Below, piece by piece: positions 1 through 11,754 of a DNA stretch of 64,000 nt. The translations under genes were made by a program, and so were the position numbers. Position 1 is the first letter of the stretch. Each line of letters starts with the position of its first letter. Source of the stretch: Phallusia mammillata (taxonomy: Eukaryota); NCBI GenBank assembly GCA_965637545.1, contig OZ281500.1, positions 620,001 through 684,000 on the forward strand, in the 5' to 3' direction. The notes under the pieces are model-generated. The model saw nothing but the letters and a program-made list of their open reading frames with translations. It searched no databases and was not told the DNA's origin.

Positions 1-3000
1 TCGAGCAACCGGAAACAAAATCCTCCAAACAGAAAATCTAAAACATACAATCCTTTGTTAAATGTGAGCTGCTTGCTTTTATTGCCCTGCTTAGTTACAA
101 ACAAAACTCTAATTTTGTGAATATATGGAAGTAATATATGTTGATAATAACATAGGTTACTTCAGGCTATACTCTAGTTTCATGTTTTAAACTTACCCCA
201 CACTTGATACTTCATTTTTCTCAGCAAAGTATGCAATTCTACATCCATGGAAAACACCTTCAGCAATGTAATGCAAAGTTGCAATAACAATCGCTATCCT
301 CCAGAAACTGTAAACACAAATGTTTGCCAAATTAAGATGCTATTCATGCAATGAGAAAGGATAATAAAAGACATAACTATCACCATATAACATCTGAAAG
401 CTATCAAAATGGGTATTTCATGACATTTGTGCAGTTGTCAAACAAAATAAATGATTCAATTTTCAAGCGCTAGTTAAAGGTCAATCTAAAAATGGTAACT
501 GTGTTGAAAGTTTTACACATTGCATAAAACTGCTAAATTTGACCAAACAGAGTGCATTCACAGACTATGTTTATCAACACTTCTACATAAACAAATAAAC
601 TACCAATGAAACTATTTTAAGTTTAAATCCCTTTATTTTGCGGCTTCCAATTTTTGTTGTGAAATCTTGTTTCGTATATTAGTATATAGTGTATTACTAG
701 TATATTTATATAATGAGTATATTTTGTATATTTAACAAGTGTAGACAGATCTGTCGGTCACCACCCTGTTACAGAGGCTGATTCTTGTAGTCTGCTATGA
801 CATTACACTTACTTCTTAAAAACCAAATTCTTTTTATTGCTTAAATACTTACTTCAGGATATATGCACCAGTAATGAATATAAGGTGCAGAGTGTAGTAC
901 TGGATTCTAGCTGGGATGTCTTCCTTTCTTGCTTTTTGGAAGTAGAGTTCAGGATACATATGAAACCAATATGCCATCTGCATCAGTAAATATGGTTTAT
1001 ATCACATTAATCTAAATCAGTGTGGTCCAACTTTATTTTGGCGCTGGCCATTCAAAACCTTACTGCACGGGCCAAGGTTTAAATTTTTGCAGATAAAACT
1101 TTTTCTGGGTCAAACATCAGGGAACTATACACCTTTTTTGATCCATAGATAAGTTTATTTTTATCTTTTATAGTTATACACGAAGTAGAAGCCATTAAAA
1201 ACATTCAGTTTTCACTCTGCGCAAAAATGCCCCCAACGGTTTATAGAAGCAGAACCCTTTATTACACATAACAATGCCTTATCATGTGTCACCAGGGGCG
1301 TATCCAGAAATTTTTAAAGGGGGGGTCCAACAATTTTTTGGGGGGAAATCCCCAATGACGTCATTATGACGTCACACGTCGTTCAAAACGACGCGTTATG
1401 CGGCAAAGCACTTTTTTCCAAAATTGGCGGTTTCTCTACCCATCTAATTGACAGGAAGAACAGGTAATTTTAGCGAAAGCTTTGTAGTTTTCTGATTTCG
1501 CCGCTGCTATCTAGCTTACTCAGCCAAACTGCAACTGCAAAATAAGCGTGACTGTCAGGTAATCAAAATCGTTGCTTAAAAAAACAGGGTCCAATTTCTA
1601 AAGAACTAAATCTCTTGCTGAAGCGGTAATCCTACTGTTAAGTTGCGCAAAGTCACGAATGCACTAAAGGTGGTAACTGCAGAAGGCATAAATTGTGCCT
1701 GGCAAGTAACAAATTACCCTAATAACATAACTCGATTTACATCGATCTAATGTTTTTGACAAACTATTACGTGTTTGGCGGATCAAAGCAACACAACATT
1801 ACACGTTTTTAACACTTTTACATTGTTCAAATGCAAAAACAGTTTGATATGTTGCACTTAGTGCAGTTACCATTTAGCAAGAAACTGCTATCAGCGTCCT
1901 AGCCGGAACGCAACTTTCCGATTGTTAGCGCATAAACCTCCTTATTAAACCCTTGTTACGTCACAATTGGCGATTAGATAACAAGCAAATACAAGAGATT
2001 GAAGGCTCACGTCTCGTCTTTGAGATGACGACTCCCTGTTATCACGCAGTGGTAAACGGAACGATTTTGGCCTATTTAATTTACGCACAACTTTTTGAAA
2101 AGGGGGGGGGGGGTCCGGTGAACATTGACAAAAAATGTAAACCTGTGACCTGTTCAAACATTTACTAGATATTGTCCCTTTGAAAAATCATTTTGTAAGC
2201 AGTAAATTTTGTGTCAGTTCACCCAAACATGTTAAATATTGAATGTGACAAACCTGGATGAGCATAAACAACTTGTTCTCCCATGACATCACACTGTGTG
2301 GGTAATCCTCCCATAGTAATGCAATGTTGCTGATAAACTTATTCTAAAAAGCAAAGTCTTTTATGTAGTAACCAAAACAGTTTCATTGTATACTGTGAAT
2401 TGTGTGAAACCATATGAGACATGTTACCATTGTATACACATGAATTGTGGCTTTTTGTTTCTTTTGTAGGGATTGGAAAACATACTTTTTAGAGTTTAGA
2501 CAGTACGTAATACATACAACTGTTTATCATTAATAAACATACATATTTTACAAGCATAAGCACCAACTAATCCAATGGAATACCCCTTTTCCATAGTTAA
2601 ATTAATTGTTTTACACCCTAAGTCTATGTTTGCATGTCAGTGAGGTTGTTTTTACCAATTCTGTGTGAAAGGCTGTTAGAGGTCAAATTTTGTCAAAAAC
2701 ATTCAAATATCTGTCTCTCATTCACGAGAAAATGTACTGTGACTAATATAATAGAAAACATGTTTTCACACCTGAAGCAACAAATGAATTCCCCAACCAG
2801 CCGATCCCACACACCACACAAGTAGTTGACAAGATTCACTGAATTTGCTGTTCTTTGTCTTAGAAAGATGGAGTTTCTTTGACACTTTCTGCACAATCAT
2901 ATAAAAATTTGGTCAGTTGTGTTATAGTTTTACCATGAATATAACTTTGGTTTATTACCAATAATGTTGTATAACATGCTGTGTTTTCTATTACTACCAG

Positions 3001-4559
3001 TTCAGCAGATTGCCTGACAAGATACTTCCTGTTTGGAAACTAATAATCCACAATACAGGAGTTAACCAATATGAACCATGTACACAGGTTTATATGTGTT
3101 ACACCAGGGGTGGGCAACCAGCAGCCCGCATGCGGCCCTTCATTAAAGGTTGTGCGGCCCGCAGAGATGCATGGATTTCAAAAGTACAGGCAGACAAGTC
3201 CAACTATTACATATTTTTGAGCTGACTAATGCGCCTGATGCTAGTTTTCTGCGACCTGGCTAAATGTGGCTAGAAATCAAAAACAAATTATACCTGTAGC
3301 ATATTTGGTAAGAAATAAAGGAAAATCACTTTGTGTTATGCACATGTGCGGCCCGCGATTCAATTTTGACATTTATAATTGGCCCTACTGTAACAAAGGT
3401 TGCCCACCCCTGTGTTACACGGTTCCGAACAGATGTATAAACAAATGTACACAAAGACGGAGTACACAAACAAGCGCAAATACTTAATGATTTACAATTG
3501 AGCACAAAATTACAATCCTTCACACTCACATCAACACCATATTCCTGAATCACTGCATGAACAACTGCAATCATCAAAGCTTGGAAAAACACAGCAAAAA
3601 TATCAAGAATTCCACGTCCAAACTCCTTTGGAAAAGGCACTGAAACAAACATGCAGTTTGTTGTTACACTCTCTGATTTTTTCATAGTTACAGTCTTGTT
3701 CCTATTAAAGTAAGATAGTACAGGAGGATAATATTTCACACATTGAATTTTGAAATACCAGTAAAATAGCAGTGACCCCAAACCAAAGACAGGTTTGACA
3801 TTTCATATTAAAATGTGGTTTATTATGGACTTCACTGTTTCTAGTGATGTTATAAAATCTAATGATCAATTCTAATGTTTATGGAATGTTGGTAATAATG
3901 AAAATGGCACATGTCAGAATATAGAAATACTTTCATCAGCTTTGATTTAAACTTTGCAATCATCTTCACTCGACCTAAGGGTATCTAATTTAGGTCAACA
4001 TAGTTCACAACACCGCAAAGTAGGGGTCAGGCAGAAAATATGGTTTTATAGGAGCAAGTCAAAATCAGCAATAAACTAACCTGGTGCATCAGGGTTTTCT
4101 GGTTCTTCCTCTGTTTCATCAGTTACTCCATATTGTAGGAATATAAATGGTTTGCTGAGCTTCGATGTGGCCTTCAAATGGTTACAAAACATAAGTTAAG
4201 TATTATAACCATCGCAAAATGTGTGTCATTGATATCATTAACTACATTAAATTCACAGTCATTTTTTAGCACAGTGAAACTAGCATTGGGAGTAGTTCCT
4301 TTAAAAAGTTCTTGTGTTTGTGTATTTTTTGAGAAAACTATTTTTGTTTTGTTGTCCATTGTCGGCAGCAGGTTGCTTTATACAAGAAAGTCTTAAAACA
4401 ATAACAGCACAGCAACTCTAAGAAGTAACAACTTACTTCTGAAATTAATCCCAGCACAATCACAATAGCCACACAAGCCAGGATATCAGCGTGATTTTGT
4501 ATGACGAATTCATGGCTCATCACAGGTGGGTTCTTCGGCTTCTTTCTTGGCATTCCCAT
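1..4559 (-). CDS. TRAM1: Translocating chain-associated membrane protein (TRAM1/2 family), multi-exon, 3' end outside window
   Basis: Exons (-): 4559-4437, 4171-4081, 3639-3530, 2888-2772, 2343-2254, 977-853, 307-197, 37-<1. All junctions are GT-AG with consistent phases. The spliced product contains PPVMSHEFVIQNHADI, VVHAVIQEY, LHLSKTKNSKFSES, AYWFHMYPELYFQK..EDIP and LHYIAEGVFH, matching TRAM1 motifs as I recall them (PPVLSHEFVLQNHADI, HAVIQEY, PELYFQKTKKEDIP). Confidence 0.95.
3105..3412. mobile_element. hAT-type MITE in TRAM1 intron
   Basis: TIRs CAGGGGTGGGCAACC / GGTTGCCCACCCCTG; exact 8-bp TSD TGTTACAC at 3097-3104 and 3413-3420; internal GCGGCCCGC subterminal motifs. Confidence 0.9.
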
Positions 4560-5346
4560 TGTTTGTTTGTTTTTTGTAAAGTTTTATACAATAAAATGAA
4601 TTAAAGCTGGGAATAACAACAAAATAAAGTAAATACAGAAAATATGTTAGCAATTTAACATTTTATATTTTTAGTTGGAACATCCTAAACAATAAGGTGG
4701 TAAGTCGTTTCTTTGGTTTAAAACTGAAAAATTTTAGCCAACAAAAAATCTCTGACCCACGCTTTAGTATCATATTAAATCAGCCCTACATCCAAACCGA
4801 AGTCACAAACTAAAAATAAAGTTCTTTCAAGGAAACTGAATAGTTTTGTTAATTGCATAATAGTAATAGTTTTGTTTTGTAATCATAGAATTATGAAAAT
4901 AAATTTAACTTTATCATTTCACAACATTTAGCATTCACCATTATCAATCATAATTTACGTATTAAAATCCAACGCTAACAATTTAACCATTTTTCCACAG
5001 TAATGAAATCATCTATTTATAACAATTCGGTTTTCTAATTTCTTCCATTTCGTGCAGAAACGCCAACACCACTTTTTATCCAATCAGCTGTTCGTAGACA
5101 CGTAAACGTGTTCCCTGCGTGGAACGCAACCAAGCGGAACGAGTTGAATGGTATCGTAGAAAATTTATTTTAGAAAAATGTCTTTGCCTTGCTAACACTA
5201 AAAATACATTACAATTTCAAAACAACAAATCACTGTCTTGTAGCAAAAAAGCAGCAAAATAACTTTCGATTTTAAGTGCAGTCAACAAAACAGAAAACAC
5301 AATAAATCGTTTAGAAACCAAAGTAAATCACAAAAAAATGCAACTA

Positions 5347-8038
5347 CTACAGCGCAGCAATATTTGATTGTTTTCGTTTCTTTCCATCAGGTACTCCTTT
5401 CCCACTGACGCGGAGCGGTATGACCGGAAGACGGATGACACCTTGGTTGTCACGATAGTAGCGGTCGATGAACTGCCAAAACAAGGACAAATTTCATCAT
5501 ACGTTGTACTGTTGACAATTAACAAAATCAGTTGGTTTGACAGCGTGGCTGCATTACCTGTTTAAGCGCCCGTTCCGGTACTCCGTATTTTATGCTGTAA
5601 CGCTTGATAGCCAAGGGAGTCGGAACGCCTCTTGACTTTTTTCGGGACCCACTTGGATGAAATACAAAATTATGAGGAACTTTTTCCATCACTGTGTGAC
5701 GAGTAAAAGTTTCGTTTGTCGAATGGCGTTGCACGTTGAACGCGGGATCGCCTATCTTGAGGCTTCCCAACGATTCCATTCCTATGCCAATGTAGCATTG
5801 TTTCGGTACAACTCATTTAAGTAAACGGCAGTTCAACTTTTTCTTACCCGAAATCCAAGACCAGTCTTCATTTAAGGTAGAGTTTTTCGGCAAACCTAGC
5901 ACATAGTTTTTGTCCAAGTGCGCCATTTGACGGTGCTGATGGGCGTCCATGTCGTCATCAAGGCCGTGTTTGCTGCCAGCACCTTAGAAACAAAGGTGGT
6001 GGAAAAATGTAAATGACTTACAATGCAGTAAAGTTGTTCGTTATCCGATAGTCAACTGGGATCGGCCCTGAAGCGTCTATGCAGACCAGCGATCAAGTCA
6101 CACTTGCATGTAAATCACAGTAGGCTCCTTACCGAAATAGTCGGTCACCAGGCATTCGCCAATATATGGCAAGGCGCAGACCATATGGTGGTGAATACTT
6201 GGTGACCGACTGATTCAATTTTGCGCCGTCAGTGGTCCTGGCGTACTGTGATTTATATGCAAGTGTGCCGTGATCGCTGGACTGCATAGATGCTTCATGG
6301 TTAATCACAGTTATGAATTTATGTTCATCTTGACTCAGAGTTATTTCGTTATCCGAACAGGAGTCAAACCTATGGATTGCGTTCCAGCCGTCATCACTCG
6401 TCTGGTGGACGGAACACTCGGGGATGAACAGTTGGGAAACGATCTGGATTTCGAATATGAATAAACATCGGGAGTGACTGTTGAAAATTCCAACCGTGAG
6501 GTGGCCTGACTTCTACATCTTGACCCTTTAACAATATTCACTCAATTAAGCTGCATACAGTGCACACTGTTTCATGTTACCCCCAACAAACGGGAGTGCC
6601 GTTGGATGGGTACACTGCAGGCAATACGGCCTATCTCTCGTCACTAGCTGCACTGATGAAACCTAACAGGTCAAAACAGTGTGCACTGTCTGCAGTTTAT
6701 CAGTTATTGGATTGATACTTTTATATTTAAAATTAATTCGTTTGTCTGAGGCAGTTATCCGATTCAACATTTAAACAAACAATTATGCACAAAATTTATG
6801 AACATTTTACAAAATGTAAAAAAAAACTTTTAATCTACCAATTTAATGCTATATGGGAATGCTTGGAAAATCGACTTATTTCTGTAGGCTATATTAATGT
6901 TTCAGTGCGCCTGTCGTAAGCTACCATGATTTGCCAACTTAACACAAATGTTTTTATAATGTACCAAACAAAAATTGACTAATAATCGTTGTCTGTATAA
7001 AACAAGAATTAAACCCAGCTGATAACACTTGCCTGGTGACTTGGGACTATAACTTCGATCAGCGATCGGTTTCGAATCGACACGAAATGGTTGAAAGTAA
7101 ACATTTCCACCGTAACCTGGCCAAGCCTGTTCAACACGAGAAATACGATCAAGCTTTTCCTACAGAGTTTGTGTTTGTGTTCATTCTACCTTGATTGGTT
7201 CCAGAGGCATCGGAAGTGTTTGATGAACGACCAGAGTACGATCGGGACGATGAATGAACGGAGGATCAATCTTATGCACTTTCAAAAACTCCCTCTGAGT
7301 TCAAACATAAAGTTTAAATACGATTTTCTTTTAGATTGCTGATTAATTGCTGAAAGTATATAATTTAGGCTGAGTCACCAAAATTTCCTAACTCCAATGA
7401 AATAAATCCCCCCCCAAAAAACTTACTCCGTCGTCTTGAGGAAGATTCTTTAAAATCTTTCCCTCCGAAGTGCGTAGCGATGACGTGGCATTAATAGTGT
7501 TTGGTGGGGGGAAATGGACCTAGAACAAAACCATTGTTGCGTCATACAATTTAAGACAAACACATATTCTAAAACTCAATTAGTACTTTAACATACCCTG
7601 GGAGTCATTTTCCATCCGACCATTTTTTGAGCCATAACGTCATCACTGTTTGCGTCATCAACAGGATCGATATCAGGTGCGTCATCACGAACCGATGACG
7701 TGGGTGTAGTGCAGGGGGTGTTTGTGTGGACAACTGTATAATCGTCCTCATTCGTCATGGTTGACCGAGTTGTCATCGACTTGGACTTGCGCTTTCCTGC
7801 TCTGACGTCACTTCGTCCGGTTGGAGGCCGGGTTGTGACGTCATCATCCGGACCTGAACATTGGCATGTACCTTAATATTGCTTTCGTTTTGTGATAAAG
7901 TTTTCTATTCAGAGTGAACAAATTGCGCTTACTATGTTTGGTGGAACGAATGCTAACAGCCTGAACCTCAGGGTCCTTTCCATGTTTTATTGTAACTGCA
8001 TGGCGTTGCTCCGACGAACTTGATTTAATAGATGTCAT
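5347..8038 (-). CDS. Uncharacterised ~400-aa protein, 8 exons
   Basis: Exons (-): 8038-7933, 7853-7597, 7294-7190, 7126-7033, 6525-6370, 5982-5848, 5781-5558, 5472-5347. Total 1203 nt, open from ATG to TAG with matching phases. The donor after exon 4 is GC-type (CCAG|GCAAGT). No recognisable domain. Confidence 0.7.
6055..6095. repeat. Short dispersed repeat (second copy 9954-9994)
   Basis: ACTGGGATCGGCCCTGAAGCGTCTATGCAGACCAGCGATCA vs ACTGGGATCAGCCCTGAAGCGTCAATGTAGACCAACGATCA: 41 nt, 4 mismatches, both intronic. Confidence 0.7.
6139..6211. repeat. Small palindromic element (23-nt arms); related arm at ~60555-60590
   Basis: AGTCGGTCACCAGGCATTCGCCA pairs with TGGTGAATACTTGGTGACCGACT with 3 mismatches. 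A similar GGTGGTGAATGCTTGATGACCGACTGATTC occurs near 60555. Confidence 0.55.
6551..6695. mobile_element. MITE (TGCA.ACAGTGCACACTGTTT terminal family), short copy
   Basis: Terminal inverted repeats CTGCATACAGTGCACACTGTTT / AAACAGTGTGCACTGTCTGCAG; same family as 29972-30250. Confidence 0.75.
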
Positions 8039-8139
8039 TTGTTTGTAACAGGAAGCAAATCCCAGTAGTCGAACTGTTAGTCTGTTACAAAATAAATTTA
8101 ACCTAAAAACTACACCCAGGCAAACATATTATTCACAAC

Positions 8140-8319
8140 CAGTGGTGGGATTCAAATTTTTTGTCAGCCGGTTCTATAACAAAAGTTTTATTTTTCAGTC
8201 GGTTCTGTTACAAAACATACATTGACAGTTACCAGTAATGCTAACCGGTTCGCTGACCTCCTAAAAAATCGTGAAACGGTTCTATAGAACCGGTGCGAAC
8301 CGGCTGAATCCCACCACTG
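8140..8319. mobile_element. hAT-like MITE (CAGTGGTGGGATTC family), copy 1
   Basis: TIRs CAGTGGTGGGATTCA / TGAATCCCACCACTG; internal AACCGGTTC motifs; paralogous to 19738-19895. No clear TSD. Confidence 0.8.
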
Positions 8320-9024
8320 CTCTTAAACCCACAGTTTGAAAGTATTCCTTCAGTTGTCTGGCCACTTCGTAAACTAACATCTCACTTTTAAACTGAGGCG
8401 CTTTAATATTACTCAGACAGAATTTGGAAACTTGAGACAGGTGTAAGAGTCTTCTACCGAAGCGCAGACAAAGGCTCTCGACAACTTTTAATTGTCTGAT
8501 CTATTTACTCGACAAGTTGTTCTCCAGCAGATCGCAAGATGATACTTACAGCCCCATTTGTTGGTGACATAAATGTGTGCTCAAATTACTTGAACGATTG
8601 TTCAAAAATTTACCATTAACACAAAATAAGGAAGTTCCTTTTAAATTTTAACAAATCAAATGCTAAAAGGGTCAATATTTTTTCTAATTTAGGCTTGTTA
8701 TCACTGTTTACTAAAACACATTACAACGGAAAAACAAATACAAATCGCGTACTGGTAACATAGAAACAACTTGTGATTCAGCAAAAATTTAGATGCGTCG
8801 TGATATCGTGGTGACGTTGCCATGTGCACCATTGCACAGCAAAAAACAAACTCATAGCTGGTTAAAAATGTTTAAATCGTCTATAAATTGTATGCAACCT
8901 TCCAAAATATTTCGCAGTATGGGATTTGCTGCGTTAAAACCAACATATACGTAACGTGTCAAAACAAGTTGGCGGTTTTCTAATTCACAAACTTTACATT
9001 TCAGACATTTCACTTTCCAGTATT

Positions 9025-11754
9025 ATGAGTTGTTGGTCAACGTACTTGTATTTTGTTGTTGTATCTTTGTGTGTACTGCAATGCTTTTGTGAATACGACC
9101 CCAATGCTGTAACGCACACAAGCAAAGCTGAGTTAGTGAAAATGATTGCAACTGGGGATCATGAAATGCTCATATTTCTATGTAAGTACAGTTTTTATCT
9201 GAAAAAGCAATACAGCTAACAGTCCCAATAAAAAACAATGAAATATGTTGATCATAATTGTCGATTAAATGAAATGCTTTTCTGTATTGGTAAACAATAA
9301 GTAATTTAGAAACAGGCAAATTTATATTAATAAATCGATAAATGTTTAAACAGCTTTTTGTTTTGCAGATACAAACTTTGATGAATGTCCTGATTGCAAA
9401 ATAAAAATGCCACTGTTTCATGAAGCGGTTGAGTACCTTGATCAGATTGAGGAAGGACAGGTAAACAACATACCTTTGTTATGCAGAAAGTAAATTTATA
9501 TCCAGTGTGTTGTTATTTTACAACACAACTATGCAAAGCTTAATCTCTCCAATTACTTCGTGAAGGTGAAAAGTTACAAGTTGGCCGTGAAGTTTCCAGA
9601 ATATGGGCTCACAACATTCCCACAGTTTGTTCTGTTTCTCGGAAACCATTCATTTCTCTATGACAGACTTGGTATGACAGGAAATTGATTGAATCATTAT
9701 GGCTAAAAATTTTAAACGCACATGGTTTTAGATGAGTTTGCACCAGACACTATAGTTGACTGGATTGAAGAAGCTAAACAAACTCCATTACCAGAATTAA
9801 CAGATGAAACGTTCGAACATTTAACTCAGTCATCAACTGGTGCAACAACAGGAGATTGGCTTGTCATGTTGTGAGTTGAATGATTTCAGAAACAAACAGT
9901 TTGTAGTCCAGTAGTTCCATTACAGTAAATAAAATTGGAATGAATACATTCATACTGGGATCAGCCCTGAAGCGTCAATGTAGACCAACGATCATGGCAG
10001 AATCATGGCATACTCATTGCAAAAACTAAAATAAATGACCCATTTTTTAGCACTTTCGTATATGCACTGCTTTGCCTACGTTATTTTCCGAAAACAAGAT
10101 ATTTCACTTGTTTAAACTCTAACTTTGGTTTGCAGTGCCAATTCAAATAGACCAGAATGCTTCAAACCATTTCTTCCTGATCTTGGCACAACAGCAGCTA
10201 GATTACGAAGACGGAAAAATGTTGCAATTGTTGATACGTCAGAAAACCCGATTACCACAAAAAGATTTGGCATGGATGAAAACAAACATTGCATCAAGAT
10301 ATTATTGTGAGTATGTGATCAAATTGTTATCCTAATATTCAAAGGTTTAAATGCATCAATAAGTTCAAACTATTTTGACTTACCATTCAAATTTGAATTA
10401 ATCACAGCAAACTGTATATATATATATATTTAATGTACAACACATACATTATGATCCTATTTTGTAATCTATCAGTATAAGAAAAACTGAAGTTCCAATG
10501 AAACATGCCAGGGGCAACTTGTTGTCGTACAGGTACAACTCAGATAGAAACAACTTAGTTAGTACAAGGGATATGTTTTAACATATCTTTCTGACATTCC
10601 TAACACAGAGTAACTGGTCAATTAGATGGATTTATGTTGCTGAAATCCACATTGCTAGAAGTATATCACTCAGATTTTAAATTAAAATCTGAATAGTTAC
10701 TTAGGTGCATGTTGCCAACCTGAACCTAAAAATAATACTCTGTTGTTATTGTTGCTGCGTAATGTTTGTTTACACACTAATAACTTGAAATAATAACTTG
10801 AAGTTTGTTTACACGCTAATAACCAAAATGAAAAAAGCGTTTTTTTTTGGTACAGAATGGATCTCGCTTGATAACCAGGGATGTATCTTTGTGTTTCAGT
10901 TTCCACCGAACAGATCTGTATCATTACGAAAGTGACAACCGGACATCCGCAGCACTGCTAAGCTTTGTGTTAAAGGAATATGCTAATCAAGAAGCACTAG
11001 TCGTCCCAAAACCAATTGACCACCAGTAAGTTAATATAAATAAAAACTAATTGCACATTTATGTTAACATTTAACGTAAGGTTTTTTAAACTGTAAAATG
11101 TAACAACTTCTTTGCATATTACTAAAATACCCAATAAATAAACAGTTGCTGCCAGGCTATACTCATTTATATAACACCCTATGTTTATTTGTTTAGTCTG
11201 GGATGGATTTGGTTCATCAGTTTAGTTTAATAAAGCCTTATATCATACATGTGAGATTGAATCTGACATTACGCTCTTAAACCAGTGGTCCCAAACATTT
11301 TTGACAAATTTCTCCCATAACAATCAAAACAGTTTAACTCCCCCCTAATTTTCTACATAGTAGAATCAAACCATTTAAAAAAAGGGTCATTTGTTAACTT
11401 CACCAGCCATATTTCCACAACTCAAGTGTTGTAAAATTGCCCCATTGGTAGGAATTCCTCCCTGTTTGGGACCACTGTTTTAGGCTTTTGTCAAAAATTT
11501 ACCATGCATTTCAATGCCACCTTAAAAGTGTATTTCCATATTTGTGAGGTTTTTCTTTGTAGCATTAACAAACTTACTTAATCCACAGAACAGCAAAGCT
11601 AGAGGACACCATCAACGCTATCAAAGCAATGTTCAGTGAACATGAAATTATGAGTCAGATGACATTTGTCAGTGGTGTTGGCTTCGGACTTTTAGCCGTG
11701 TTCGTCGCAGTTTTGTTTATTCTACGCAAGTTCAGAAAGCGAAAACTGAACTGA
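9025..11754 (+). CDS. Type I membrane thioredoxin-domain protein (TMX/PDI-like), probably ER-resident
   Basis: Exons (+): 9025-9181, 9369-9460, ~9539/9566-9671 (acceptor ambiguous), 9732-9870, 10136-10306, 10900-11025, 11589-11754. Product has a signal peptide, a CPDC CxxC motif, a second Trx-like domain starting [25 protein letters not shown], a C-terminal TM (GVGFGLLAVFVAVLFIL) and a KRKLN* dibasic (KxKxx) tail. Confidence 0.85.
11283..11477. mobile_element. hAT-like MITE remnant in thioredoxin-gene intron
   Basis: TIRs CAGTGGTCCCAAAC / GTTTGGGACCACTG; TSD not conserved. Confidence 0.65.

Noticed and set aside
5080-5102. ERSE-like CCAAT...CACG upstream of TRAM1
   Set aside because: Spacing and sequence (CCAAT-N13-ACACG) do not match the CCAAT-N9-CCACG consensus.
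7160-7189. Apparent 30-nt GT-AG micro-intron in the orphan gene
   Set aside because: A better in-frame acceptor (TTTCTCGTGTTGAACAG| at 7127) gives an ordinary 63-nt intron, so no micro-intron is needed.
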